Below, piece after piece: positions 42,561 through 52,067 of a DNA stretch of 64,000 nucleotides. Position 1 is the first letter of the stretch, and each line of letters opens with the position of its first letter. Origin of the DNA: Acidobacteriota bacterium (GTDB taxonomy: Bacteria; Acidobacteriota; UBA890; WLXD01); contig CAXWPH010000015.1 of the NCBI GenBank assembly GCA_963666055.2, positions 1,696,001 through 1,760,000 on the forward strand, read 5' to 3'. The translations under genes were made by a program, and so were the position numbers. Below the pieces are notes generated by a model. That model had not been told where the DNA came from. It made no database searches and was given only the letters and a program-made list of their open reading frames with translations.

Positions 42561-42760
42561 GCTTGCCCTCTCGTGTCGTTGATCTCGTTAGCCAAGAGGA
42601 GATCGTCCCTCGCTCCAGCGACGGTCACGTGCTGGTACGGTTGCGGATGCAATACAAGACCCGATCGCTACCTTTTGCCAGGCACGACCATAGGGAAGAA
42701 TCCAAGATGATCAAAGCCGAATAGGGAGTCTAGTTGACCTTGCCCCGCTTTCCCGGACAC

Positions 42761-43756
42761 TTAGTTAAGATCCATTGTCGTAGTCGTATTAGCGGCTGTG
42801 GGAGCTGTTGGCAACGCGGAGCGTTGTCCAAGCGACGGTGGAAATCGGGAGTCGATTTCCACGGGCGCGTCAGCTTCCACAGCTGATTGGCCGCTCTGGC
42901 CTGGCCGCCGCATTGCCGCCTCGAACTGAGCCGGACTCTGGTCTCCGATCGAGGTGTGCATGCGAGCCCGGTTGTAGAACACTTCGATGTAGTGGAACAA
43001 CTCGGCTCGGGCCGCCGCCCGGGAACTGAAGCAGCCACCGAGTTCGAACTTCAGGGTAGAGAAGAAACTCTCCATCGGCGCGTTATCCCAGCAGTCTCCT
43101 TTCCTGCTCATGCTGATGGTGAAGCCACGGTCACGCAGCTTGTCTAGGTAATCGTCGCTGCTGTACTGGCTGCCGCGGTCGCTGTGATGGAGCACTCCGG
43201 AACCGGGACGGCGTTGCTCCAAGGACTGATCCAGGACCGCCAGCGTCAAATCGTCCGTCATCGTCTCGCTCACCGCCCAGCCGATGATCCGTCGCGAGCA
43301 CAGATCCATCAGCACGGCCAGGTATAGCCATCCTTCCTGCGTCCACAGGTATGTCAGGTCGCCCACCCAGACGCTGTCCACGGCATCCACCGTGAAGCGC
43401 CGTGCCAGCACGTTGGGCGCCGCTGACCGCCCAGGTGTGGGCCGTGTTGTCACCCGGAACCGACGGGGTTGGCGAGCTCGAAGTCCTTCCTGGCGCATCA
43501 GCCGAGCTACCCGCTTGCGAGAGCAGCGGATCCCTCGTTGCCGAAGTTGCTTGTGGATGCGCGGACTTCCGTAACGGTCGCGGCTCTCTCGGAATGCAGC
43601 TCTGATCTGCACACGTAGACGGCGATCTTCTCGCGCTCTCGGGCTCGGCCCCCTTCCTCGCCACTCGTAGTAACCGCCGTGAGACACCTCGAGCATCTTG
43701 CACAACCGCCGCACCGGGAACTTGCCGGACAGTTGCTTGATGATCGGGTACTTCAT
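42761..43756 (-). CDS. IS3 transposase OrfB (DDE)
   Basis: WVGDLTY, HHSDRGSQY, DNAPMESFF. Confidence 0.9.
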   Translation of the reverse strand: MKYPIIKQLSGKFPVRRLCKMLEVSHGGYYEWRGRGPSPRAREDRRLRVQIRAAFRESRDRYGSPRIHKQLRQRGIRCSRKRVARLMRQEGLRARQPRRFRVTTRPTPGRSAAPNVLARRFTVDAVDSVWVGDLTYLWTQEGWLYLAVLMDLCSRRIIGWAVSETMTDDLTLAVLDQSLEQRRPGSGVLHHSDRGSQYSSDDYLDKLRDRGFTISMSRKGDCWDNAPMESFFSTLKFELGGCFSSRAAARAELFHYIEVFYNRARMHTSIGDQSPAQFEAAMRRPGQSGQSAVEADAPVEIDSRFPPSLGQRSALPTAPTAANTTTTMDLN

Positions 43757-44046
43757 CGCGGGCGTTCCGAGAAGATCGCCAACGCTTTTTTTAGAATGTC
43801 GCGCTCCTGCCGTACTCGCCGCAGGTCCCGCCGTAGCTGTTGCCCGTCCAGGTCCTGGTCGGGCATCTTCCCCGCGCCCGGAAACGCCGTGACCCCCTGC
43901 TCCTGGAGCTGTTTGCGCCACTTGGTCAACATGCCGCGGCCAACACCCAGATCCCGGGCCACCTCAGACACCGGATGGCCCAGCTGCGTCACCATCCTCA
44001 CTGCCTCAATCTTGAACTCGCGACTGTACCGCCGTCGTGACCCCAT
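43753..44046 (-). CDS. IS3 transposase OrfA
   Basis: RRRYSREFKIEAV..ERDILKKALAIF. Confidence 0.9.
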   Translation of the reverse strand: MGSRRRYSREFKIEAVRMVTQLGHPVSEVARDLGVGRGMLTKWRKQLQEQGVTAFPGAGKMPDQDLDGQQLRRDLRRVRQERDILKKALAIFSERPR

Positions 44047-44107
44047 GCTTCACCTCCGAGCCCATTATCGGGCTTCCAAAGGTGTCCGGGAAATCGGGGG
44101 AGGCCCA

Positions 44108-44445
44108 TTTCGCTGGCTGACATCTTGATTGTCGCCCCGTACAACGCACAGGTAGCTGCGATCGCTGAGTGGGTACCTGGAGCTCGGGTAGGGACGGTGG
44201 ATAAGTTCCAGGGACAGGAGGCCCCGATTGTGATCTATTCGATGGCTACGTCATCCCCCGATGACGCGCCCCGCGGTATGGACTTTCTGTACGACCCGAA
44301 TCGCTTTGAACGTTGCCACCAGCCGCGCCCGCTGCGCGTGTGTCCTCGTTGTGAGCCCGCGGCTCCTTAGCCCCGAATGCAAGAGAGCCCGGCGCAGATG
44401 AAGCTCGCGAACGCCCTGTGCCGCTACAATGAGCTTGCGCGTCGG
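44108..44445 (+). pseudogene. SF1 helicase C-terminal fragment (AAA_12, TM0106-like), cut by the IS
   Basis: ILIVAPYNAQV..VGTVDKFQGQEAPIVIYSMATSS..PRGMDFLY..NVATSRAR (frameshifted). Confidence 0.8.
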
Positions 44446-44813
44446 ATCACCACACTGGCCTCGCGAACGGTCCAACCCTGTCGGCGGCGTCGTACTTCTT
44501 ACGCTCGGCCTTGTCCATTCCCGAGGTCCCTTCCAATCTGCCCTTTTGCGCACTAGGAAGCGCGATCTCCCGGGCCAGCTCTGTAAGTTAGTCCGCGCCC
44601 GGCTGCTGGCGACGAGACTAGTACTTCCTCGCGCCGTGGGCCCGTCCGCATCTACGGTGACGGGGTTCCTTCTCCGATCCTCCGGCCTACGGGCTAGAAG
44701 CCTGGTTCATCTGCAGAGGCTCCGCCGGACCGGCGAGATGCACTATGTGACGATGAGCTAAGCACCACAGCCATGTAGCGTGACGTCGGGTCCGGCGCTA
44801 TAACTCTGCAACC

Positions 44814-46313
44814 ATGACAAGACTCGGGATCTGCCTGGTCGTCGTATCGTTAGCGCTCGTGTCGCCATCGGGTAACGCCACCGGACAGCACGCTGGCCGC
44901 CACCGCCTGATCGGAACCGGTGAGCTGATCGCTCCGAACGGTCAGGGACGATGGCAGGGGTTCACGTCGGAGCTGTCGCCCGAACAGCGTGCCACGCTTG
45001 GCTCCGACATCACCGCGGCCGAGTACGCGAGGGTCCACGCTGCGCTCGACGCGTACGAGCGCACCTACGGGTTGCCGCCGGCAACCAAAACTGACATCTC
45101 GACCCGCTACCCCTTTTACCCGCAGGCCGGGGTGCACGAAGGCGACCTGTTCTTTTCTGGCTTCGTCGACCTGGACCCGACTCAAGGAGATGCCGCCATC
45201 TTGGATTGGAATTGCACCGACTACACCTATGATGGGCACCAGGGACACGACTCTGACGTGCGGAGCTTCGCGTTCCAGGACATCGGGGTGCCGATCTACG
45301 CGGCGCTGGACGGACGCGTGGTCGCTGCTCAGGACGGTAATTCCGACCGCTCGACGACGCTGACGTACAAGCCCGCCAACTACGTCATCATCAGCCACGG
45401 CGGCGGTCAGCTGTCGCTGTACTGGCACATGCGCAAAGGCAGCGTCGCGGTCAAGATGGGTGATGACGTCGTAGCCGGGCAGAGCATCGGCATGACGGCC
45501 TCGAGCGGCTACAGTTCCGGACCGCACCTGCATTTCGAGACCTGGGTGAATCGGGTTGTCATCGAGCCGTTCGCAGGCCGCTGCAACCCGGGCGCCAGCG
45601 GCTTCGTCAAGCAGCTCAAGTTCAAGCGCAACACCTACCTGTTCGACGCCGGGATCACCCACGAAGAGCTCCGCACGCTGGCCGAGGACAAGCTACCGCC
45701 CGAGCAATTGCCCTCGTCGGGCCAGTTTCAGACCGACGATGAATGGCTCTACATCTGGTTCCTGCTGCAGAACCTACCGGCCAACAGTACCCAGCGGGTG
45801 GTGTTCCGGCGGCCCAATAACTCCGTCGCGTTGGACACTGGCGCGCGTGAGCTCGGCAACATCGATTCTCTCCACTACAGCTGGTGGAGGCAGCGCTGGA
45901 TCGTCAACGGCATGCGCGTGTTCACCGGCACCTGGAAGCTCGAGTTGCACGTCAACGGCAAGAAGCTCGCCACGATGCCCTACGAGGTCATGACCAAGCG
46001 GGATCCCGAACTGAACCGGGCGCCGGTGGCGCTCAAGAGGGTCAAGTTTCGCAACAAGCCGAAGGCCCGCAGAGTGCCGTTGTGCGAGATCAAGTACCCG
46101 CTGGTGACCGACGACCCCGACTACGACGTCGTCTCGTACCAGTACGTATGGAAAGTAGACGGCAGGGTCGTACGCGACGTCACCATCGCAGCGCACTCCG
46201 ACGCCCTCGCCACCGACCTGTTCACCAAGGGCGACCGCCTAGAGTGCACCGTGACGCCGACGGACGGCGATCTGCAGGCGGCCAGCAAGTCGGTTCGCTC
46301 CAAGGTGAGGTAG
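44814..46313 (+). CDS. Secreted M23 family metallopeptidase with C-terminal beta-rich domains
   Basis: Signal peptide; YDGHQGHD, YWHMRKGS, SSGPHLHFE. Confidence 0.85.
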   Translation: MTRLGICLVVVSLALVSPSGNATGQHAGRHRLIGTGELIAPNGQGRWQGFTSELSPEQRATLGSDITAAEYARVHAALDAYERTYGLPPATKTDISTRYPFYPQAGVHEGDLFFSGFVDLDPTQGDAAILDWNCTDYTYDGHQGHDSDVRSFAFQDIGVPIYAALDGRVVAAQDGNSDRSTTLTYKPANYVIISHGGGQLSLYWHMRKGSVAVKMGDDVVAGQSIGMTASSGYSSGPHLHFETWVNRVVIEPFAGRCNPGASGFVKQLKFKRNTYLFDAGITHEELRTLAEDKLPPEQLPSSGQFQTDDEWLYIWFLLQNLPANSTQRVVFRRPNNSVALDTGARELGNIDSLHYSWWRQRWIVNGMRVFTGTWKLELHVNGKKLATMPYEVMTKRDPELNRAPVALKRVKFRNKPKARRVPLCEIKYPLVTDDPDYDVVSYQYVWKVDGRVVRDVTIAAHSDALATDLFTKGDRLECTVTPTDGDLQAASKSVRSKVR

Positions 46314-46580
46314 GCGAACGCGCGAAGGAACGCGTCCTGGAGCGAAAGCCTGGGAGCACCCCGGCCAGAAAGAAGGCTGGAACCGTCGACGGAAGAGGAT
46401 TACCTCGGAGAATCGCACCAGGCTCAGCCCTGTTGACACCGGACCAGCGACGAAATGTTAGATGGATGTTAGAGTGGACCAGAAAAGGGGGGCAGGTCAC
46501 CGTGTCCGCCGCGCTGACGCCATCAGACACGCGATCGCGTTCGCCCTCGACGCCGAGGCCTAACCAAGGAGGCACCCTGG

Positions 46581-47853
46581 ATGGGACGCCGAATCCTATG
46601 CGCAGCCATTCTGTGCTGCGGTGTCTTGGTCGCTACGCCTCTTTTTCGCGCAAACGCGCGACGACTTCGACTACTGGGATGCCAACGGAAACGGCGACCT
46701 GACATGCAGTGAAGCGGCGGGGCGCGACGAAGGCCTGAAGCTGCCAGCGTATCGGGACAATCGCGACGGCACCGGCATCATCTACAACTGGCTACAGCGC
46801 AGCAGATCGAGCGATAGCGATGGCGATGGCGTCGCCTGCGAGAGCAGCCCCAACTCCAACGGGTACATCCCTAACGCACAGCCGCCGCCTCCTCCTCCTC
46901 CGCCTCCGCCCGGGGGCGCCTGCCCAGCGAACGCGGAGACCTGGAGCGGGCTGAAGGTCTGCCCAGAGCAGCCGCGGGCCGGCTACGACCGTGACGCCTT
47001 CGGGACGGGCTACAGCAGCCTCGAGGACGACATCATCGCGGCGTTGCCGCCAACGATGAAGGCGAACGGGCAAGTCTACACACCCTACTCCTGCATCGCG
47101 TTTGAAATCACGGCGTCCGGAACCGCCGCGACGGACATCGAGCACATCGTTGCGCTGGCTGAGGCGCACGACAGCGGGATCGCCGACGATCGTCGCCGTG
47201 CCTTCGGCGGCGACATCGACAACCTGACGATCGCAGACCCGACCGTCAACCGGTCGCAGAAAAGTGACCGCGACGCCGCCGAATGGCAGCCAGCTCGCCA
47301 CGGCGCGTGGTTCGCGAACCGGGTGATCCAGGTAAAGCGGGAATACGGATTGAGCGTCGATCTCGCCGAGCGGGCTGCGCTCGAGGTGCTGCTCACAGGC
47401 GGAGGAGCGCAACTGAGCTGCACGTCTGCCCCACCACCGCCGCCACCACCACCACCACCGCCGCCGCCTAACTGGACACACGTCCGTACAGTCTCCGGTC
47501 GCCTAGAAGCATTCGAGCGAGAGGATGTCGCGGTGCGGCTTTCGATATCGCGGCACCGCGAAAGAGTCTTCCAGTACCGGTTCAGGGTCGAACACGCCCC
47601 GGCCTCCCCGTTCCTGAAGACCATCGTGCGAAACCCTGATGGCGACGTTGCCACGAGTGAAGGTCGCGACGGCTGGGTCGAAACATCCATCGGCGTCCCG
47701 ACTCGGCGCCGTACGAACTATCAGTTCGTGCTCACGCGCGTTGCCAGCAGGAACCGGAAGGCGGTCGATTACGACATCACCATCGAACGGCGCGAGGTCG
47801 AAAAGCCTGGTGCCTCATCGCCTCAACGCGCGTCCCATCGCCTGCGGCAATAA
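46581..47853 (+). CDS. Secreted modular DUF1524-like nuclease, copy 2 (one C-terminal module; +1 T frameshift near 46645)
   Basis: Near-identical to 24906-26603; T5 instead of T4 at the end of the signal peptide. Confidence 0.7.
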
Positions 47854-48135
47854 GGGGATGATGGCGGCTGAGCGAGCCCCAGAAATTGCAACCGCTACAA
47901 GCGCCAGCCGCTTAGGCCCTTCGAGCCGGGCGGATGAGGTATCCGCCGGCCACACACACACGGGGGGTAGTAGGAGCGGTAAGCAGTACGGCGTTACGGA
48001 GAGCGCCCGCTCATCTAGCCGAAGAGGTCCTATCGCCAAAGATAGGAAATCAAGATGCCTACAAGCGCCTTCAAGTCGAAGACCCAACAGCGTTCCGTAA
48101 GCTTCTGCGCGGAGCCTCGGAGGAGGAGACGAACG

Positions 48136-48357
48136 ATGACGACTAGATTCCTTCGCCGCGCCGACGTCGAGGAGCTGACTGGGCTTTCACGCTCCACGAT
48201 CTACGCTGCGATGGAGGCGGGGGAGTTTCCCCGTCCGGTGCGCATTGGCCGCCGTGCCGTAGCCTGGCGACAGGAGGATATCCAAGAGTGGGCAGATAGC
48301 CGTCCGATTGCCATGCCCAGGGGTGATGAGCCTGGCCCTTCCCCGTCGGCGGAGTGA
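48136..48357 (+). CDS. alpA: AlpA family phage regulator/excisionase
   Basis: RFLRRADVEELTGLSRSTIYAAMEAGEFPRPVRIGRRAVAW; AGGAGG RBS. Confidence 0.92.
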   Translation: MTTRFLRRADVEELTGLSRSTIYAAMEAGEFPRPVRIGRRAVAWRQEDIQEWADSRPIAMPRGDEPGPSPSAE

Positions 48358-48445
48358 CATCTCCAGTGTACGAGGACCGCAACCTGCGCCTGAGGGTGAC
48401 GCAGCGCGACGGGCAGGCTCTGCTGCACTGTCACACTGGATGGGC
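48354..48445 (+). pseudogene. Primase zinc-finger relic
   Basis: YEDRNLRLRVTQRDGQALLHCHTG, homologous to 11770-11850. Confidence 0.6.
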
Positions 48446-48456
48446 ATCAGAACTCT

Positions 48457-49665
48457 CTAGGCAGGACGCAGCATCGGCACCACCTTGCCGCCCTCAGCGC
48501 TCAGGTAAGCGGCCCAGTCGTTCATTAGCTGCCGGCGCCGCTCCAGCAGGTCGGAGCGCGCATAGGCCGCCTCGGTCCGGTCGCGTACTACATGCGCCAG
48601 GGCCGCCTCCATGACCGTCCGCGGTGCGTTGGTGCACTCCGCCGCCCAGTCCCGGAACGATGAGCGGAACCCGTGCGGTACCGCGGCGATACCCAGCTGC
48701 CGCATGAGCTTGGAAAGCGTTGCGTCCGACAGCGGCTTACCAGCTCGCGAGCCTGGGAACACCAGTGTCTCCCTATCCGACAGTGCCCGCGCCTGGCTCA
48801 GGATCTCCAAGGCTCGAGTCGACAGCGGTACCCGGTGGGCACGCTTCGACTTCATGCGCTCGGCCGCAACTGTCCACTCCCCCGCCTCCCGGTCCATCTC
48901 CTGCCACGTAGCCAACCGCACCTCGCCGGAGCGGGATGCCGTCAACACCAGAAACTCGAAGGCCAGCTTCACACTCATCGAGGCATCCGAAGCCCGCACT
49001 GCCTCGATCGCACCGGCCACCTTGGCATGAGGCAAGGCGCGCATGTGGGCTCTGACCTTGCTGTGTCGTGGCAGCGCCTGGGCGATGGCCTCACCGGCCG
49101 GGTTGTCGCCACGGTACCCCTGCGCCACGGCCCACTTCATCACCGCACCGATGCGCTGACGTACCCGCCGTGCGGTCTCCGGCTTGTCATGCCAGATCGG
49201 TTCCAGTACCTCCAACACCTCGGCCGTTGTTACCTCCGACACCGGCATCGCACCGATGCGGGGGAAGGCATACGTAGTAAGCGTGGACTCCCACTGCGCC
49301 GCGTGTTTGGCGTTGCGCCAGCCAGGGCGGTGCATCTCGATCACCTTTGCAGCCGCTTGCGCGAAACTCGGCGTATCCCGGGCCTTGCGCTTGTCGCTCA
49401 GCGGGTCACCGCCAGCGCGTGCCAGCTTGCGGTTTGCAAACGCCACCTCGCGGGCCTCGGACAGCGACACCAGCGGCCAGCCTCCCAGGCCCAGCGTCCG
49501 TGGCCGGCCTTGGATCACAAGCCGCTGCACCCAACGCCGCACGCCCGACAGGTCCACGCGCAAGTTCAGTCCGCTGCCGTCGCAATAGAGACCCGGCGGA
49601 GCATTGCGCACGAACTGGGCGCTCAGCGCCTTGACCGGATGCCTGCTGCCGCGCTGCTTGGGCAT
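48457..49665 (-). CDS. int: P4-like tyrosine integrase
   Basis: Arm-binding N-terminus (DGSGLNLRV..LGGWPLVSLSEAR); catalytic R (RSGEVR), K (MKS), HGFR, LAH, AAY all present. Confidence 0.95.
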   Translation of the reverse strand: MPKQRGSRHPVKALSAQFVRNAPPGLYCDGSGLNLRVDLSGVRRWVQRLVIQGRPRTLGLGGWPLVSLSEAREVAFANRKLARAGGDPLSDKRKARDTPSFAQAAAKVIEMHRPGWRNAKHAAQWESTLTTYAFPRIGAMPVSEVTTAEVLEVLEPIWHDKPETARRVRQRIGAVMKWAVAQGYRGDNPAGEAIAQALPRHSKVRAHMRALPHAKVAGAIEAVRASDASMSVKLAFEFLVLTASRSGEVRLATWQEMDREAGEWTVAAERMKSKRAHRVPLSTRALEILSQARALSDRETLVFPGSRAGKPLSDATLSKLMRQLGIAAVPHGFRSSFRDWAAECTNAPRTVMEAALAHVVRDRTEAAYARSDLLERRRQLMNDWAAYLSAEGGKVVPMLRPA

Positions 49666-49686
49666 AGTGTCCGTCCTGCTGCCGCG

Positions 49687-49740
49687 ATACCGTATGTAGT
49701 GGTTGGGGGTGGAATACCGTATGTAGTGGTTGGGGGTGGA
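49687..49740. repeat. Perfect 27-bp tandem duplication upstream of int
   Basis: ATACCGTATGTAGTGGTTGGGGGTGGA x2. Confidence 0.9.
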
Positions 49741-49758
49741 GGGGTTGAACTCGGAAAC

Positions 49759-49921
49759 TACAATCCAATGTACAATTCCAATCTGGAATGTAACGGATTT
49801 CTGTGGAACACGCAAGGCGCTCCCAGTAACTGTAACTATCTGTAAATATTGGTGTTCTAGGACATTTTAGGAAGGTAATAGAACATGACGGAACCGTCAA
49901 ATAGCGGTCACCCCCTCCGCC
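49759..49921 (+). other. att-like island end: arm-type repeats, AT-rich patch, tRNA-3'-end-like core
   Basis: TACAATCCAATGTACAATTCCAAT; core CACCCCCTCCGCC (49909-49921) resembling a tRNA-Ser 3' end. Confidence 0.6.
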
Positions 49922-49962
49922 TTTTTCCGCGAAGGCCAGCCGGGTCACGTACAATCCGAGCC

Positions 49963-50298
49963 GTGAGCGCCAGCGAGCTTGATCCACACGACGGCCCGGG
50001 CTTGGTCGATATTGCCGACCCCGTAGCCGCTGCAACGCGTACCGCGGGGGTGGCCGATGACGTTTGCCAGTCGTGTGACGCCCCCGGGTCGTGGACGCTG
50101 AGCAAGCGACATCGATTCAGTCCGTTCGGCGGTGTCACGCTCATCACGCTGGCCTTCTGGGCGGTGCTGCTGGGATGGCTGACGGGATTCTCGCTGCTAC
50201 CCGGTGCGGTGTTCGCGTTGCTGGGCGTGATCTTGATCGCGGCCCGACGCACGGCGCTCGAATGCCAGGTATGCGGCTTCGTCCGGTCGCGCAACTGA
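49963..50298 (+). CDS. Small membrane zinc-ribbon protein (CxxC-TM hairpin-CxxC)
   Basis: CQSC..hydrophobic hairpin..CQVC; start uncertain. Confidence 0.6.
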   Translation: MSASELDPHDGPGLVDIADPVAAATRTAGVADDVCQSCDAPGSWTLSKRHRFSPFGGVTLITLAFWAVLLGWLTGFSLLPGAVFALLGVILIAARRTALECQVCGFVRSRN

Positions 50299-50489
50299 CG
50301 CCTCGATAGACGGCGGCTGGCGAGACTGCCGCCGACCGGCTACCATTCCGACGTCGAGGCCGGCAGGGGCTGTTTATCAATCAGGAGTCGATTCGCCCCG
50401 CCGAGCCACCCGCGAGGTTGTTCCTCCTTCCGCGAGACACCCCTTCTGTTTCCATCGAGCTGTGCATCTTGTCCATGGAGAGATAACGA

Positions 50490-51980
50490 ATGTCTGACAA
50501 GTCCGAGGTTCGCGTCCGCTTCGCGCCCAGTCCCACCGGTGAGCTGCATGTCGGCGGTGCCCGCACGGCGCTTTATAACTGGCTGTTCGCTCGCCACCAC
50601 GACGGCAAGTTCATTCTGCGCCTCGAGGACACCGATGAGCAGCGCTCGCAGGACGAGTTCCTGGACTCGATCCTCAACTCCCTTACCTGGCTCGGGCTCG
50701 ACTGGGACGAGGGGCCGGTAAGCCAGAGCGAGCGACTGGATCTGTATCGCGACTACATATCGCTGTTGATGAACTCGGGCCACGCCTATTACTGCTTCGC
50801 CAGCCAGGAGGAGCTCGACGAGCAGCGGCAAGAAGTCCATGAAGACGAGGAGGAGAGCTGGGTCTACCGTGGAGCCGATCGCGATCTGGCGGCAGACGAG
50901 GTACGCAAACGCATCGAGGCCGAGGAGCCGCATACGGTTCGCTTCAAGGTTCCCGATGATGGGTCGATCACCGTCAATGACCTGGTGCAGGGCGAGGTGA
51001 CCTTCGAGTGCTCGATCATCGAGGACTTCGTGCTGCTGCGCTCAGACGACAAGCCCACGTATCACCTCTCCAACGTCGTCGACGACATCGAGATGGGGAT
51101 CACACACGTGATCCGCGGCGCCGACCACCTGTCGAACACGCCGAAGCAGCTGCTCGTCTATCAGGCGCTCGATGCCAAGCTTCCGGAGTTCGGCCACCTG
51201 CCGCTCATCCTGGGGCAGGACGGCAAGCGCCTGTCGAAGCGCCACGGGGCCACCTCCGTGACCTACTTTCACGACAAGGGCTACCTCCCTGGCGCCGTGG
51301 TCAACTACCTGTCGCTGCTTGGCTGGAACGCAGGCGACGACCGTGAGGTGTTCACTGTCGCCGAGCTGATCAGCGAGTTCTCCCTGGAGGGCGTCAACAA
51401 GTCGAACCCGAAGTTCGACCTCGAGAAGCTCTCCTGGCTCAACGGTGAGTACATCTCCAAGGTTCCCGCCGGAGAGCTGCGTGAAGCCGTACGTGAGGCG
51501 CTGCGCGTTCGTGGTTGTTGGGAGGAAGAGCTCGATATGGAGCGGCGCGACTACTTCTTCGCGCTCATCGAGCTGTGGCAGTCGAGGGCGCGTACAACAA
51601 ACGAGCTCGCCGACAACATCGCGCCCTTCCTGACCGAGGCGTTTGCGTACCACCCCGACGGCATCAAGGAGCACATTCAGGGCAAGGATGTCCTCGGCCT
51701 GGTCGAAGCGTTCCGCGAGACCTTGCTGCAGGTCGATCCTTGGGAACAGGAAGAGCTCGAGAAGACGCTTCGCGAGGTCGTCGAGGGCATGGACCGCGAG
51801 GCCAGCGATCTGATCCACGTGGTCCGCATCGCGCTTACCGGCAAGAAGGCATCACCCGGCATCTTCGAAGTGCTCGAGATGATGTCGCGAGACAAAGCAC
51901 GCGCCCGACTCGACCGCATGATCCGATATCTACGCAAGCTCGAGATCGCCCGAAAGAAGCGCGAGGAACGAGCGGGGTAG
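50490..51980 (+). CDS. gltX: Glutamate--tRNA ligase
   Basis: VRFAPSPTGELHVGGAR, THVIRGADH, KRLSKRHG. Confidence 0.96.
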   Translation: MSDKSEVRVRFAPSPTGELHVGGARTALYNWLFARHHDGKFILRLEDTDEQRSQDEFLDSILNSLTWLGLDWDEGPVSQSERLDLYRDYISLLMNSGHAYYCFASQEELDEQRQEVHEDEEESWVYRGADRDLAADEVRKRIEAEEPHTVRFKVPDDGSITVNDLVQGEVTFECSIIEDFVLLRSDDKPTYHLSNVVDDIEMGITHVIRGADHLSNTPKQLLVYQALDAKLPEFGHLPLILGQDGKRLSKRHGATSVTYFHDKGYLPGAVVNYLSLLGWNAGDDREVFTVAELISEFSLEGVNKSNPKFDLEKLSWLNGEYISKVPAGELREAVREALRVRGCWEEELDMERRDYFFALIELWQSRARTTNELADNIAPFLTEAFAYHPDGIKEHIQGKDVLGLVEAFRETLLQVDPWEQEELEKTLREVVEGMDREASDLIHVVRIALTGKKASPGIFEVLEMMSRDKARARLDRMIRYLRKLEIARKKREERAG

Positions 51981-52067
51981 GATCACCCGGCCGGAGAAAG
52001 GGCTGGAATGGCCTACGCAGAGCCGGCTCGCCGGATCTCGTTGGAGCTCGGAGGAACCGAGCCATGG

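Larger units (their letters stand above)
42735..44107 (-). mobile_element. IS3-family insertion sequence
   Basis: IRs TGACCTTGCCCCGCTTTCCCGGACAC / TGGGCCTCCCCCGATTTCCCGGACAC; A7G slippery site at 43785-43792. Confidence 0.92.
7750..49921. mobile_element. Composite genomic island of nested/decayed phage-satellite-like elements with IS3 copies and defence cargo
   Basis: Integrase + att-like core at the right end, AT-rich IHF-site patch at the left end, primases, AlpA, HNH, TerS relic, R-M genes; left boundary approximate. Confidence 0.75.

Noticed and set aside
24906-47853. Diversity-generating retroelement (TR/VR) behind the duplicated modules
   Set aside because: No RT gene, and the differences between copies are few and not adenine-specific.
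7750-49921. Intact prophage or ICE
   Set aside because: No capsid, portal, large terminase, tail, relaxase or T4SS genes recognised.
49890-49930. tRNA gene
   Set aside because: Only a 13-bp 3'-end-like fragment; no T-loop (GTTCGA) or cloverleaf.
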